Below are positions 1 through 9,928 of a DNA stretch of 64,000 bases, one piece after another. The notes beneath the pieces are model-generated. The model was not told the origin of the DNA, ran no database searches, and saw nothing but the letters and a program-made list of their open reading frames with translations. This stretch comes from an uncultured Candidatus Saccharibacteria bacterium (lineage in GTDB: Bacteria > Patescibacteriota > Minisyncoccia > Phycocordibacterales > UBA5272): positions 25,893 to 89,892 of the forward strand of contig CAZFBW010000002.1 in assembly GCA_964517625.1 (NCBI GenBank). The letters run 5' to 3'. Position 1 is the first letter of the stretch; each line of letters starts with the position of its first letter. The translations under genes were made by a program, and so were the position numbers.

Positions 1-2
1 TC

Positions 3-248
3 GATGAGACTGATGTTCTTTTTGTACCGGTTGGAGGGGACGACACAACGCTTAACCCTTACGACGCGCACAAACTTTCCGTCGCACTTGAACCAAAGCT
101 CATCATTCCGATGGACTATACAGAAAAAACGCTTCCAATTTTCATGAAAGAAGCGGGAGAAAAAACTGCTCCAGTGGAAAAACTTACTATTAAAAAGAAA
201 GATATTGAAAACAAGCTCGGAGAAATCGTGTTATTCCACGAGATGTAA
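3..248 (+). CDS. MBL-fold metallo-hydrolase, C-terminal part (truncated by window start)
   Basis: Manual translation of frame 3: DETDVLFVPVGG...LEPKLIIPMDY...; DVLFVPVGG and PKLIIPM motifs typical of the Lactamase_B_3 family; TAA at 246-248. Confidence 0.7.
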   Translation, partial: DETDVLFVPVGGDDTTLNPYDAHKLSVALEPKLIIPMDYTEKTLPIFMKEAGEKTAPVEKLTIKKKDIENKLGEIVLFHEM

Positions 249-250
249 CA

Positions 251-580
251 ATGAAACTTTCTTTCAAAGCGTACGTTCGGTATCTTCGTAAGCAAAAAGA
301 GCATGTTCAACACGTGCATGCAATTATTTTTGCCGGAGCAATAACACTCCTTCTTGCGGTAGCAATTTTATATATTCAATACGGATACTGGCATGGCTCG
401 TATGAGCGAGCAGAGGTCGTGCAAAACGAGAATGAGACACTCATTACCGAAACCCCAAAAGAAACACTCATACGACTTTTTGGAGAAGGGAAGGAACGTT
501 TTAATCAGGCAATCTCCACACTTTCTCCACTTGAGGGAGGGGAAGTCACGTTTGATAGAAGTGCAACAACCACAAAATAA
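251..580 (+). CDS. hypothetical single-pass membrane protein
   Basis: 109-aa ORF abutting the upstream gene, one hydrophobic segment (AIIFAGAITLLLAVAILYI). Confidence 0.65.
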   Translation: MKLSFKAYVRYLRKQKEHVQHVHAIIFAGAITLLLAVAILYIQYGYWHGSYERAEVVQNENETLITETPKETLIRLFGEGKERFNQAISTLSPLEGGEVTFDRSATTTK

Positions 581-662
581 GACAAAGAAAGGACTGGAAA
601 GAGTGTAGATTTTGTGGTAGAATAGAGAGATATTGGTCGGTCAGACTATTTCATAAAAACCC

Positions 663-3152
663 ATGGCAAAAAAGAGTTCACAACCTGAAAGAAACCAAGA
701 AAATAAGGATAATTCACCAGCTAGTACTGGTTTTAAATCTGTTGATATTTCTCATGAAATGCGTGTTGCGTACTTGGACTATGCGATGAGTGTGATTACC
801 TCGCGTGCGCTTCCTGATGCTCGCGACGGCCTTAAACCAGTGCACCGCAGAATTTTGTTTGCAATGAATAAAATGGGTCTTAGTCCAGGAGCAAAGTTTC
901 GTAAATCAGCATCCATTGTTGGTGAAGTACTTGGTAAGTACCACCCACACGGAGACGCATCTGTATACGATGCCATGGTAAAGTCAGCACAAGATTTTTC
1001 ATATCGTTACCCACTTGTTTTTGGACAAGGAAACTTTGGTTCACTTGATGGTGATGGAGCAGCGGCGATGCGTTACACCGAAGCGAAAATGTCAAAAGTA
1101 TCTATGGAGATGCTTCGTGATATCGAAAAAGAAACCGTACAGATGGTGCCAAACTATGATGGTACAGAAAAAGAACCATCAGTACTTCCAACAGCTGTGC
1201 CAAACATGCTTTTAAACGGTACCCTTGGTATTGCGGTTGGTATGGCGACCAACATCCCGCCACACAACCTAACGGAAGTTGTTGATGCGACAATTCACTT
1301 GATTGATAATCCGCAAGCAACAACCGAAGATCTCTGTGAGTATGTAAAAGGACCAGACTTTCCAGTTGGTGGTGTTGCATTTGGACAATCAGATATTCGC
1401 CAGGCCTACGCAACAGGACGAGGTGGTGTGGTTACGCGAGGTGAAGCGGAAATTGTTGAAACTAAAAACGGACAATTCCAAATTATCATTACCTCAATCC
1501 CATACCGTGTTTTAAAAAGTAATTTGATTGAAAAAATTGCAGACCTTGTTCACGAAAAGAAATTGGAAGGTATCAAAGGGCTTCGTGATGAATCAACCAA
1601 AGACATTCGCGTGGTGATTGATTTGAAATCAGGCGCGCAACCGCAGAAGGTTCTTAACTATTTGTATAAACATACGGAACTTGAATCAACGTTCCACTTC
1701 AACATGGTTGCGCTTGTTGACGGTGTTCCACAAACGCTTTCCCTTAAAGGCGCAATTTCTTCATTTATTGATCACAGAAAAGAAGTTGTTCGTCGTCGTA
1801 CGGAATACGATTTAAAACGCGCGCTTGAACGCGAGCATATTTTACTCGGTCTTAAAAAAGCGCTTGATCACATTGATGAAATTATTAAAATCATCAAGAA
1901 ATCAAAAGATACTCCAGATGCTCACGCACAATTGATGAAGGCATTTAAGTTCTCCGATATTCAAGCAACGGCAATTTTGGAAATGAAATTACAGCGCTTA
2001 GCCGGCCTTGAACGAAAGAAGATTGAAGATGAACTAAAGGCGGTACAGGCTCTCATTGCCGAACTAAAGAGTATTCTTGCGTCGGTAAAGAAGATGAATG
2101 CCATTATCAAGAAAGAGCTTGAAGAGATTAGAGAAAAATACGGCGATGAACGCCGAACAAAAATCGTAAAGCATAAAGCGAAAGAATTTAATCCAGAAGA
2201 TTTGATTCCAGAAGCAGAACAGGTGCTTGTATTTACTGCTGGCGGATACGTAAAGCGAACCGACCCTTCAGAATTTAGAACACAAAAGCGCGGGGGTGTG
2301 GGTGTGGTTGATATGAACACAAAAGAAGAAGACTTTGTGGTTATGTCGCTCACCGCTTCAACACACAGCGACCTCTTGTTCTTCACCGACAAAGGAAAAG
2401 CATATCAAATCAAAATGTATGACCTTCCAGAAGGTAAGCGCGCAACACGCGGAAAATCAATCATGAATTTCCTTCAGTTAACTGATGGCGAAAAAGTGAC
2501 ATCAATACTTCCGATGCCAAAAGACATGAAAGGCAAAGTCGATGAACACATTTCACTCATGATGATTACCAAAGAAGGTACCGTGAAGAAATCAACCGCT
2601 TCAAGCTTTACTGACGTACGCCGAAACGGACTCATTGCTATTCGATTGGAAGATAAAGATGAATTGCTTGCAACACTGTTTGTGTCTCAAAATGACAGCG
2701 TGATTCTTACAACACAAAACGGTCAGTCAATTCGTTTTAATCACAATGACGTTCGCGAAATGGGACGCACCGCAGCGGGTGTGATTGGTATGAAGCTAGA
2801 TAAGGGCGATGTAATCGTGGCGGCGGATAAAATTATTGATGGAACAAAAGGCGGAGAACTTCTCATCATGACTGCAAATGGCTACGGGAAGAAGACAAAA
2901 CTTTCTGAATACAAGATTCAAAAGCGCGGTGGAAGTGGTATTAAAACAGTGAAGATTACGCCAAAAACCGGTAAGCTCATGGTCGCACGTGTTGTTACCG
3001 GAGAAATTGAGGACCTACTCGTCGTTTCAAAGGAATCACAAGTGATTCGTACAGAAATTTCTTCAATTCCAACCCTTGGACGTGATACGCAAGGCGTGCG
3101 CGTGATGAAGATGAGGGAAGGGGATTCTATCGCATCGTTTGACGTTTTGTAA
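663..3152 (+). CDS. gyrA: DNA gyrase subunit A
   Basis: [22 protein letters not shown], catalytic AAMRYTE, GyrA-box QKRGGVG, C-terminal beta-pinwheel repeats. Confidence 0.98.
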   Translation: MAKKSSQPERNQENKDNSPASTGFKSVDISHEMRVAYLDYAMSVITSRALPDARDGLKPVHRRILFAMNKMGLSPGAKFRKSASIVGEVLGKYHPHGDASVYDAMVKSAQDFSYRYPLVFGQGNFGSLDGDGAAAMRYTEAKMSKVSMEMLRDIEKETVQMVPNYDGTEKEPSVLPTAVPNMLLNGTLGIAVGMATNIPPHNLTEVVDATIHLIDNPQATTEDLCEYVKGPDFPVGGVAFGQSDIRQAYATGRGGVVTRGEAEIVETKNGQFQIIITSIPYRVLKSNLIEKIADLVHEKKLEGIKGLRDESTKDIRVVIDLKSGAQPQKVLNYLYKHTELESTFHFNMVALVDGVPQTLSLKGAISSFIDHRKEVVRRRTEYDLKRALEREHILLGLKKALDHIDEIIKIIKKSKDTPDAHAQLMKAFKFSDIQATAILEMKLQRLAGLERKKIEDELKAVQALIAELKSILASVKKMNAIIKKELEEIREKYGDERRTKIVKHKAKEFNPEDLIPEAEQVLVFTAGGYVKRTDPSEFRTQKRGGVGVVDMNTKEEDFVVMSLTASTHSDLLFFTDKGKAYQIKMYDLPEGKRATRGKSIMNFLQLTDGEKVTSILPMPKDMKGKVDEHISLMMITKEGTVKKSTASSFTDVRRNGLIAIRLEDKDELLATLFVSQNDSVILTTQNGQSIRFNHNDVREMGRTAAGVIGMKLDKGDVIVAADKIIDGTKGGELLIMTANGYGKKTKLSEYKIQKRGGSGIKTVKITPKTGKLMVARVVTGEIEDLLVVSKESQVIRTEISSIPTLGRDTQGVRVMKMREGDSIASFDVL

Positions 3153-3273
3153 AAAGCTAAAAATTACCCCATCTACGTTGTTGCAACTTCATTTTCGTCT
3201 TTCAACGTACTTGAAGTACGTTTCATTCCAAAAATCCGTGGCGCCCCGTATCTGGTTCAATTTTTACCTTTTT
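3151..3273. repeat. ~123-bp imperfect hairpin element, GTAC-core family, copy A
   Basis: Outer inverted repeat 3151-3165/3259-3273 (14/15); central AACGTACT-TGA-AGTACGTT; motifs CATCTAC..TGTTGC and CGTGGCG...CGTATCTG shared with 38885-39010. Confidence 0.8.
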
Positions 3274-3286
3274 TAAAAATTCGGAC

Positions 3287-3319
3287 CGAGGAGACGACCG
3301 CGTAGCGGTCGTCTCCTCG
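3287..3319. repeat. perfect 15-bp GC-rich palindrome with GTA triloop (REP-like)
   Basis: CGAGGAGACGACCGC-GTA-GCGGTCGTCTCCTCG; no poly-U tail. Confidence 0.75.
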
Positions 3320-3363
3320 TATCCACTAGCAACTAGCAACTATTACCTATAAACTATAGGTAT

Positions 3364-3885
3364 ATGTTTCTCACCCCAGATCATCTTGTTAAAGAACTCT
3401 ATTTGAAGCCGGGCGACAAAGTAGCCGACATTGGATGTGGAACCGGTGCGTATACAATCGCACTTTCTCGAGAAGTTGGAGAAGTTGGCCAGGTTTACGC
3501 TGTTGATGTTCATCGTGACATGCTTCATACACTTTCAAATAATTGTGCGCGGTTTAGTATTCAAAATGTGGATGTTGTCTGGGCAGATATTGAAAAGGGG
3601 ACCCCGCTTGAAAAATACAGCCTGGACGCTTGTGTGCTTTCTAATGTTTTGTTTCAACTTGAAGAGCACGGGAAAGCACTGCGCAACATTCACATGCTCT
3701 TAAAACCCGAAGGGCAGTTGCTCGTTGTTGACTGGAGCCAATCGCACGCAGGCGCCGGTCCACACCCAGCACACGTTATAAGCGAGGCGCGCGCCGAAGA
3801 GTTGGCTCAAGAAAATGGTTTTCGTATTATTAAGCGTTTGCCAGCAGGGAGTTATCATTACGCATTTATAGCACTTTCCGTGTAA
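3364..3885 (+). CDS. class I SAM-dependent methyltransferase
   Basis: VADIGCGTG motif I, VYAVD, LLKPEGQLLVVDW. Confidence 0.9.
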   Translation: MFLTPDHLVKELYLKPGDKVADIGCGTGAYTIALSREVGEVGQVYAVDVHRDMLHTLSNNCARFSIQNVDVVWADIEKGTPLEKYSLDACVLSNVLFQLEEHGKALRNIHMLLKPEGQLLVVDWSQSHAGAGPHPAHVISEARAEELAQENGFRIIKRLPAGSYHYAFIALSV

Positions 3886-3897
3886 ACTGTACCGTAT

Positions 3898-5202
3898 ATG
3901 AGTATCTTTAAAATCATCATTACCGCTGTCGGCATCATCGCTGCGATTTTCTCCGTTTTGATTTTTTCTGGAAAACTTTCAATAGGAACTGCGTCTAAAA
4001 CACCACAAGGAAGTATCGTTATTTGGGGGACACTACCACAGGACGAGATGAGCAATTTTTTCTATTCATACATGAGTCAGGCAAAGGGTCAGCAAGTAAC
4101 ATATCAATTCGTTAAGGAAGATCAGTTTGCTGAAGCTCTTGTGGAGGCTCTCGCAAGTGGTGTTGGACCTGACGCAATTATTGCGCCGTACCAACTTATT
4201 TTAGAACAAGAAAAAAGGGTGTATCCATTTCCACAAGCATCGTTTCCACAAAAAACATATCGCGATATGTATGTTGATGGAGCATCAATCTTTTGGACAA
4301 ATAGAGGAGCGCTTGCACTTCCTATCGCAATTGAACCAATGGTGTTGTTCTTTAACCGAACCTTGCTCGCTAAACACGGAGTGGCGCTTCCACCTGAGTA
4401 CTGGGATGAATTAAATGATATGGGTCCAAAACTCACCATTCTTACCCAACAGGGGGTGTTTACGGAAAGTGCGATTGCGCTTGGTGCATACGGTAATGTT
4501 TTGTATGCAAAAGATATTTTGACAACGATTATTGCTCAGCTTGGGCAAGCGGTTGTTGTTAAACAAACATCGCAAGACGGCAAAGATAGTTACAGTGTGA
4601 CCGCAAATGCCCCGCTTCAAGAAGGGGGGGATGTGTTACCACTTGCAACCGCCCTTCGCTTCTTTATGGAATTTTCAAATCCAACAAAAATAAAATATAC
4701 CTGGAACCAATTTTTACCAAACGCGCAGGACCAGTTCGTTGCTGAAAAATTAGCTCTCTATGTTGGTTACTATGGTGAAGCAAAAACCATGCGCGAACGA
4801 AACGGGAGAATCGATTTTGATGTGGCTGTGCTTCCACAAACACGCGGATACAACACGCTCGTGACCGGTATGAAACTCTACGGTATGGCAACACTCCTTG
4901 CTGCACGCAACAAGGAAGTTTCGTTTGCGGTTCAATCAGCGCTCGCGTCAGCTTCGTGGTCAAACGTTCTTGCTCCGACAATTGGCGCGCTTCCTCCACA
5001 GCGCGTGTATGTGCAACAACCAAATGTTCCGGAGGTGGTCAAGAAGAGTCTGCTCGTCGCTCGTGGGTGGTATGATTTGAAACCAAGAGATTCCTCTCCT
5101 TTGTTTGAGACGATGGTGCGTGATGTGACAAGTGGTCGTGTTGAGGTGTCTGAAGCAGCGAGCCAGTTTGTACAGCGCTTGCGTGCAAAGTATACTAACT
5201 AA
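3898..5202 (+). CDS. extracellular solute-binding protein (sugar ABC-type fold), membrane anchored
   Basis: N-terminal TM, IVIWG, LASGVGPD, ALP..IEPMVLFFNRTLL, PPEYWDEL, FDVAVLPQ. Confidence 0.8.
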   Translation: MSIFKIIITAVGIIAAIFSVLIFSGKLSIGTASKTPQGSIVIWGTLPQDEMSNFFYSYMSQAKGQQVTYQFVKEDQFAEALVEALASGVGPDAIIAPYQLILEQEKRVYPFPQASFPQKTYRDMYVDGASIFWTNRGALALPIAIEPMVLFFNRTLLAKHGVALPPEYWDELNDMGPKLTILTQQGVFTESAIALGAYGNVLYAKDILTTIIAQLGQAVVVKQTSQDGKDSYSVTANAPLQEGGDVLPLATALRFFMEFSNPTKIKYTWNQFLPNAQDQFVAEKLALYVGYYGEAKTMRERNGRIDFDVAVLPQTRGYNTLVTGMKLYGMATLLAARNKEVSFAVQSALASASWSNVLAPTIGALPPQRVYVQQPNVPEVVKKSLLVARGWYDLKPRDSSPLFETMVRDVTSGRVEVSEAASQFVQRLRAKYTN

Positions 5203-5204
5203 CT

Positions 5205-5918
5205 ATGAAACTTAAAGCTATAATTTTGGCATCGCTTGTTACGGTAAGTATTGGCGCTTTGTTTGCTCAAGGGCAACTATCGGGGGATGCGGTGTGTGGT
5301 GCGGGGGATAAGGCGTGTACCTTCGCAGATCTTAAGAAAATTCTTTCAAGTACATTTCTTTTTCTTCTTCAGATCGCAATTGCTTTTTTGCTTCTCATGA
5401 TTATGTATTCTGCCGCGCAAGTAATGACATCCCAAGACAAAGCGGGCGCACTTAAAGAAGCAAAGACGAGACTGTGGAACGTTCTTCTTGGTTTTTTACT
5501 CATTACTCTTGTTGCAGGCGGGGGATACCTTGCTTTCTTGTCATACTTTAATATCGAGAGTAAATTCCTAACCCCTATTACAAATCTTTTTTCGGTGAAT
5601 CTTTCTGATGTGTTGCCGTTTGCACAGGCGCACGCACAAGATGCGGAAAAGCTTCCAAATCCGCTCGGCACAACAACTAATCTTTTTGACTTTTTGGGAA
5701 TGCTCGTCTCACTCGTGATTCGATGGTTCGTGTTTCCAGTGATTATCTTTTCATGGTTATACACTGGTTTCCAATATGTCTACGCGCAGGGTAATCCCCA
5801 GAAATTGATGGAAGCACACAAATGGCTCTGGTGGACACTTATCGGAACTTTTACTATTATGTTAGCAGAGGGGTTCACTCTCGCTTTACAGGGAACCTTT
5901 AAACAATTTTTCTCATAA
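5205..5918 (+). CDS. VirB2/TrbC-like (T4SS-type) pilin with two tandem pilin domains
   Basis: Two copies of a hydrophobic hairpin with the linker LKEAKTRLWNVLLG / AQGNPQKLMEAHKWLWWTLIG; N-terminal CxxxxxxC. Confidence 0.7.
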   Translation: MKLKAIILASLVTVSIGALFAQGQLSGDAVCGAGDKACTFADLKKILSSTFLFLLQIAIAFLLLMIMYSAAQVMTSQDKAGALKEAKTRLWNVLLGFLLITLVAGGGYLAFLSYFNIESKFLTPITNLFSVNLSDVLPFAQAHAQDAEKLPNPLGTTTNLFDFLGMLVSLVIRWFVFPVIIFSWLYTGFQYVYAQGNPQKLMEAHKWLWWTLIGTFTIMLAEGFTLALQGTFKQFFS

Positions 5919-5926
5919 CTATTTTT

Positions 5927-6427
5927 ATGTTCAAACATCCTTTCATCCTTAGTTTTATTCTTGCAAGTATCGGTGTACCACTACTTGTTTCTGCACAAAC
6001 AAACTTCTCTTCACTTGGAACACTCATCGGTAATTTCCGAACAAACGTTGTAGAAGCACTCGGCATGCTTGCAATTACCGCCGCGGTCGTTGCTTTCTTT
6101 TTCGGCGTTGTACAGTTTATTTGGGCTTCACGCGAGGGAAAGGATACAGAAATGACAAAAGGGAAGAATTTCATGCTCTGGGGCCTTATTGCGCTTTTCG
6201 TGATGTTTTCTGTCTGGGGTATTATCAAGTTTGCACAAAGCTTTTTTGGACCCGACATGTCAAGTACAAACATTACCATCCCATCGTTTAAATTTAATGG
6301 AAGCAGTGGACCAGGGCCAGTCGCAGGAGATAAGAAGCCCGCTGGAAGCGCTTGTGCAAATGGTAATGAGTGCCAAAGCGGTAGTTGTGTCTATATAAGC
6401 CCTGACGCTGGTAAACAATGTAATTAG
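5927..6427 (+). CDS. VirB2/TrbC-like pilin with Cys-rich C-terminal tail
   Basis: FFFGVVQFI...KGKNFMLWGLIALFVMFSVWGII; tail GSACANGNECQSGSC..C. Confidence 0.75.
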   Translation: MFKHPFILSFILASIGVPLLVSAQTNFSSLGTLIGNFRTNVVEALGMLAITAAVVAFFFGVVQFIWASREGKDTEMTKGKNFMLWGLIALFVMFSVWGIIKFAQSFFGPDMSSTNITIPSFKFNGSSGPGPVAGDKKPAGSACANGNECQSGSCVYISPDAGKQCN

Positions 6428-6516
6428 TCAAGAAAAGCACTCTGTGGATAGAACGCCTTGATTTACTTGCTAATCTCTAGCGCTTGGATATACTTACTAG
6501 TATAGATAAAAATAAT

Positions 6517-6885
6517 ATGAAAAAGATACTTACAACGGTTTCGGGTATTGTTTCTAGCGTTGGTTTTGCGTTTGCGCAAACAGCGCCTGGCCAGGGTTTG
6601 ATTAACTTGCTTAATTTGGCACAAAATATTACTAACCGACTCATACCAATCCTCATGGGTCTCGGGGTTGCTGCTCTTTTCTTCGGTCTCGTGATGTACA
6701 TTTGGAAGGGACGCGAGGACAAAGTTGAACACGAAAAGTGGATGAAGTTTATCGGCGCTTCAATTGTTGCCATTTTCGTAATGGTTTCTATTTGGGGGCT
6801 TGTTAGATTCTTCGGAAGTATTGTTGGTGTTGATGCTGTTGGTGCTCCAAACCCAGCAAACCTCATTCCAATGCCTACTAATTAA
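6517..6885 (+). CDS. VirB2/TrbC-like pilin
   Basis: Start moved to ATG 6517 (MKKIL..AFA-Q signal peptide); LFFGLVMYI...IVAIFVMVSIWGLVRF. Confidence 0.7.
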   Translation: MKKILTTVSGIVSSVGFAFAQTAPGQGLINLLNLAQNITNRLIPILMGLGVAALFFGLVMYIWKGREDKVEHEKWMKFIGASIVAIFVMVSIWGLVRFFGSIVGVDAVGAPNPANLIPMPTN

Positions 6886-6899
6886 TCGTTGTACGTATC

Positions 6900-6932
6900 A
6901 AACAAAACAGCGCGCAAGGCGCTGTTTTGTTT
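6900..6932 (+). terminator. intrinsic terminator-like hairpin
   Basis: AAACAAAACAGCGC-GCAAG-GCGCTGTTTTGTTT, 14-bp stem. Confidence 0.7.
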
Positions 6933-6982
6933 TAGTGGTATACTTTCGGAAAAGGTATCAACATATATTTGACCCCTATATT

Positions 6983-7300
6983 ATGAAAAAATTTTTCGTA
7001 CCATGCTGTAGTTTACTCGCTAGCACCAGTTTTGTTCTTGCTGTTACTGGTGATCAGCTCTATCAAAATGTCATGAAGACGCTTTTTGAACCGCTCATTC
7101 AGTTTGCAATCTTTCTCGCCTTTCTTTACTTTTTGTATGGCGGATTTATGTTTGTTGTTAATTTGTACAATCAAGATGCCGACAAAATGAATGCAGGCAA
7201 GAGACACTTGTTGTGGGGGACGATTGGCCTTTTCATCATGCTTTCCATTGGTGGAATTCTAAGTTTGATTAACACAACACTTGGTGGGAACTTTCAATAA
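6983..7300 (+). CDS. VirB2/TrbC-like pilin
   Basis: Start at ATG 6983; FLYFLYGGFMFV...AGKRHLLWGTIGLFIMLSIGGIL. Confidence 0.75.
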   Translation: MKKFFVPCCSLLASTSFVLAVTGDQLYQNVMKTLFEPLIQFAIFLAFLYFLYGGFMFVVNLYNQDADKMNAGKRHLLWGTIGLFIMLSIGGILSLINTTLGGNFQ

Positions 7301-7326
7301 TTCTTTGTGTTAGAATAAGACAACAT

Positions 7327-8733
7327 ATGGCTGAAACTACAACTACGGAAACAACAATGGAAAAAATTGTATCGCTTTGTAAAAGGAGGGGGTTTATTTT
7401 CCCTTCTTCTGAGATTTACGGTGGTTTTTCTGGTGTGTACGATTATGGCCACTATGGAACACTTTTGTTTAATAATGTAAAACAAGCATGGTGGAAGGCG
7501 ATGGTTCAAGAGCGTCTCGATGTTGTTGGTGTGGATACGGCAATTTTTATGCATCCAACAACATGGAAAGCCTCAGGACATGTTGATGGTTTTGATGACC
7601 CACAAATTGATTGTCGAAAATGTAAAAGCCGTTTTCGTGCAGACCACGTACTTGAAAGCTTTTCTGTTAATGCGGATAAGCAGTCGATTGAATGGATTAA
7701 CACCGAACTCGACAAACTTCGAGCCGACAAGAAGCTTGTTTGTCCAAATTGTAATAGTGCCGACCTTACGCCGGCGCGCAAGTTTTCTTTGATGGTTAAA
7801 TCAAATCTCGGATCGCCAGTTGACGAACTTTCCGAAGAAAATGTTGTATATTTGCGACCAGAGACATGTGGTGGAATTTATCTTGAATATAAAAATACTA
7901 TCGACACACTTCACCCAAAGCTTCCGTTTGGTATCGCCCAAATCGGTAAAGCATTTAGAAATGAAATTGTTGCTAAGCAATTTGTATTTAGAACACGAGA
8001 GTTTGAACAAATGGAAATGCAATATTTCCATCACCCGTCACAGACGAAAGAAATTTTTGAGAAGTGGCAAAAAGATAGATGGGCATTTTATTTAGAATAT
8101 GGAATTCCAGAAACAAAACTGCACTGGTATAAACATGAAAAACTCGCCCATTATGCTTCAGAGGCGTACGACATTGAATATAATTATGCAATGCTTGGTG
8201 GATTTAAGGAGCTCGAAGGCGTACACGCGCGAGGGGATTGGGACTTATCACAACATAGTAAGTTTTCCGGTATTGATTTGTCATATTTTGATGAAGCAAC
8301 CCGTGAACGATTCATGCCCCACATTGTAGAGACATCGGTTGGTGTTGCGCGTACTGTACTTGCATTTATTGATAGCGCGTACACGGAAGAAGAAGTGGAA
8401 GGAGAAACTCGCGTTGTACTTAAATTAGACAAGCGACTGTCTCCAGTTAAGGTGGCCATCTTACCACTTTCAAAAAAAGAAGAACTTACTAAACCAGCAA
8501 AAGATTTGTTCGCGACATTATCCAAAAAAATGTTTGTTGAATACGACGAAACACAGTCAATCGGTAAGCGCTATCGCAGGCAGGATGAAATTGGAACGCC
8601 GTATTGTGTGACCGTTGACTTTGACACGCTTACCGACAATAGGGTTACGGTGCGCGACCGCGACACTATGAAGCAAGAACGTATCGCAATTGCTGAACTT
8701 GCACACTATCTACAGGAAAAACTAGAGAAGTAA
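7327..8733 (+). CDS. glyQS: glycine--tRNA ligase (homodimeric type)
   Basis: LCKRRGFIFPSSEIYGG, YLRPET, PFGIAQIGKAFRNEI, FRTREFEQMEMQ, SIGKRYRRQDEIGTP. Confidence 0.97.
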   Translation: MAETTTTETTMEKIVSLCKRRGFIFPSSEIYGGFSGVYDYGHYGTLLFNNVKQAWWKAMVQERLDVVGVDTAIFMHPTTWKASGHVDGFDDPQIDCRKCKSRFRADHVLESFSVNADKQSIEWINTELDKLRADKKLVCPNCNSADLTPARKFSLMVKSNLGSPVDELSEENVVYLRPETCGGIYLEYKNTIDTLHPKLPFGIAQIGKAFRNEIVAKQFVFRTREFEQMEMQYFHHPSQTKEIFEKWQKDRWAFYLEYGIPETKLHWYKHEKLAHYASEAYDIEYNYAMLGGFKELEGVHARGDWDLSQHSKFSGIDLSYFDEATRERFMPHIVETSVGVARTVLAFIDSAYTEEEVEGETRVVLKLDKRLSPVKVAILPLSKKEELTKPAKDLFATLSKKMFVEYDETQSIGKRYRRQDEIGTPYCVTVDFDTLTDNRVTVRDRDTMKQERIAIAELAHYLQEKLEK

Positions 8734-8749
8734 GAGTATACTTACTTGT

Positions 8750-9061
8750 ATGGAAGAAGGAACTGTGCAGAAAATTTCTATAAGTGAACAAGCGCAAGGC
8801 ATTTTACTTGCACATAATTTGCTCATCAATACTGACGGGTCGCTTACCTATAAAAGTATTGTTGCAACACCTTCTGTCGTTAATCCCGGCATCGATTTGA
8901 CTAAGTTAACGCAACTTGTCGTTGATGTTGTGCCCGGAAAAGAAAACACACTTTCGCTTATGTATCACCTAGCACCGATTGAATATGATTTTGAAGTAGC
9001 GATTGCTAAGAATGAACAGGGAGAGGATACGCTGTACCTGTATAACCCGCACATTGCTTAA
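8750..9061 (+). CDS. hypothetical protein
   Basis: 103-aa ORF; TATACT -10 box immediately upstream of the ATG. Confidence 0.6.
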   Translation: MEEGTVQKISISEQAQGILLAHNLLINTDGSLTYKSIVATPSVVNPGIDLTKLTQLVVDVVPGKENTLSLMYHLAPIEYDFEVAIAKNEQGEDTLYLYNPHIA

Positions 9062-9070
9062 CCATCGTCT

Positions 9071-9625
9071 ATGGAACACACACCAGAACAACAAGAAAAA
9101 AAACAAACGCCTCCACCAAGCGTGCTTCGGCCAGTTCGACCGTTTGTATCGCGGTTACCAGGGATGGTTGCTGTAGCGGTTGCAACAACTGTTGGAGTTG
9201 GTGTTGCGCCTGATGTAGAAGCGGGGAGTAATCGAAACAATGTGTTGGCAGGAATTGCTGGCGTGATGGCAATTAGTAATGCTATGAGTGGCGATAGAAT
9301 GGCCTCCAATCGTTTGGAAATAAAAAAGCCCGATGAATTTGTGGTTACATTTAGCAATCGTGCAGAAGATACGATGCGCAACCTACGACTTACCTACGAT
9401 ACAACGACACAGAAAATAAGCAGACCAAACGGCGAAAGAATTGCTTTTGAAAAACCAGGAAGAAAAGTTATTTCTGTGAATGTTGCTGGACTTTCTCCAA
9501 ACCAATTGCAAATAGAGTGTATATATTCTGACCAACTCGGAACATATTCTCAGAAGTCATACGCCATCGTTGATGCCTCTCAACATTTGAAGGTTTTTGA
9601 AGAGATGTCTCAACGAATTAGCTAA
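9071..9625 (+). CDS. hypothetical membrane/secreted protein
   Basis: 184-aa ORF co-oriented with neighbours, hydrophobic segment near the N-terminus. Confidence 0.6.
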   Translation: MEHTPEQQEKKQTPPPSVLRPVRPFVSRLPGMVAVAVATTVGVGVAPDVEAGSNRNNVLAGIAGVMAISNAMSGDRMASNRLEIKKPDEFVVTFSNRAEDTMRNLRLTYDTTTQKISRPNGERIAFEKPGRKVISVNVAGLSPNQLQIECIYSDQLGTYSQKSYAIVDASQHLKVFEEMSQRIS

Positions 9626-9648
9626 TTAGAGACGCCATAGAAAGGGGC

Positions 9649-9676
9649 TTGAAAAGAAGCTTTTTTGTGGTATAAT
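9649..9676 (+). promoter_or_regulatory. sigma70 promoter for rpmG
   Basis: TTGAAA-16 nt-(TG)TATAAT, ending 9 nt before the ATG. Confidence 0.65.
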
Positions 9677-9685
9677 TAACAGATT

Positions 9686-9847
9686 ATGGCAAAGGCACAA
9701 GATAATCTCATTCAAATTAAGCACAAAGAGACCGGAGAGGTCTATTGGACGCGCAAGAACAAGAAAAAAGTTGCGCGCAAAATTGAGCTTAAAAAATACT
9801 CAAAGAAACTCCGAAAGCATGTGATGTTTAAGGAGACAAAGAAGTAA
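9686..9847 (+). CDS. rpmG: 50S ribosomal protein L33 (Cys-free type); absent from the ORF track
   Basis: Manual translation MAKAQDNLIQIKHKETGEVYWTRKNKKKVARKIELKKYSKKLRKHVMFKETKK; TxKN...KIELKKY..LRKHVxFKE signature. Confidence 0.93.
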   Translation: MAKAQDNLIQIKHKETGEVYWTRKNKKKVARKIELKKYSKKLRKHVMFKETKK

Positions 9848-9849
9848 AT

Positions 9850-9879
9850 AAAAAATCTGCACATTGTTGCAGATTTTTT
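9850..9879 (+). terminator. intrinsic terminator after rpmG
   Basis: AAAAAATCTGC-8 nt-GCAGATTTTTT. Confidence 0.7.
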
Positions 9880-9928
9880 ACTTCTTCTGTAGAGTGTCTA
9901 TAGTTTGTTCTCTGTCTGGAGGTGTTAC

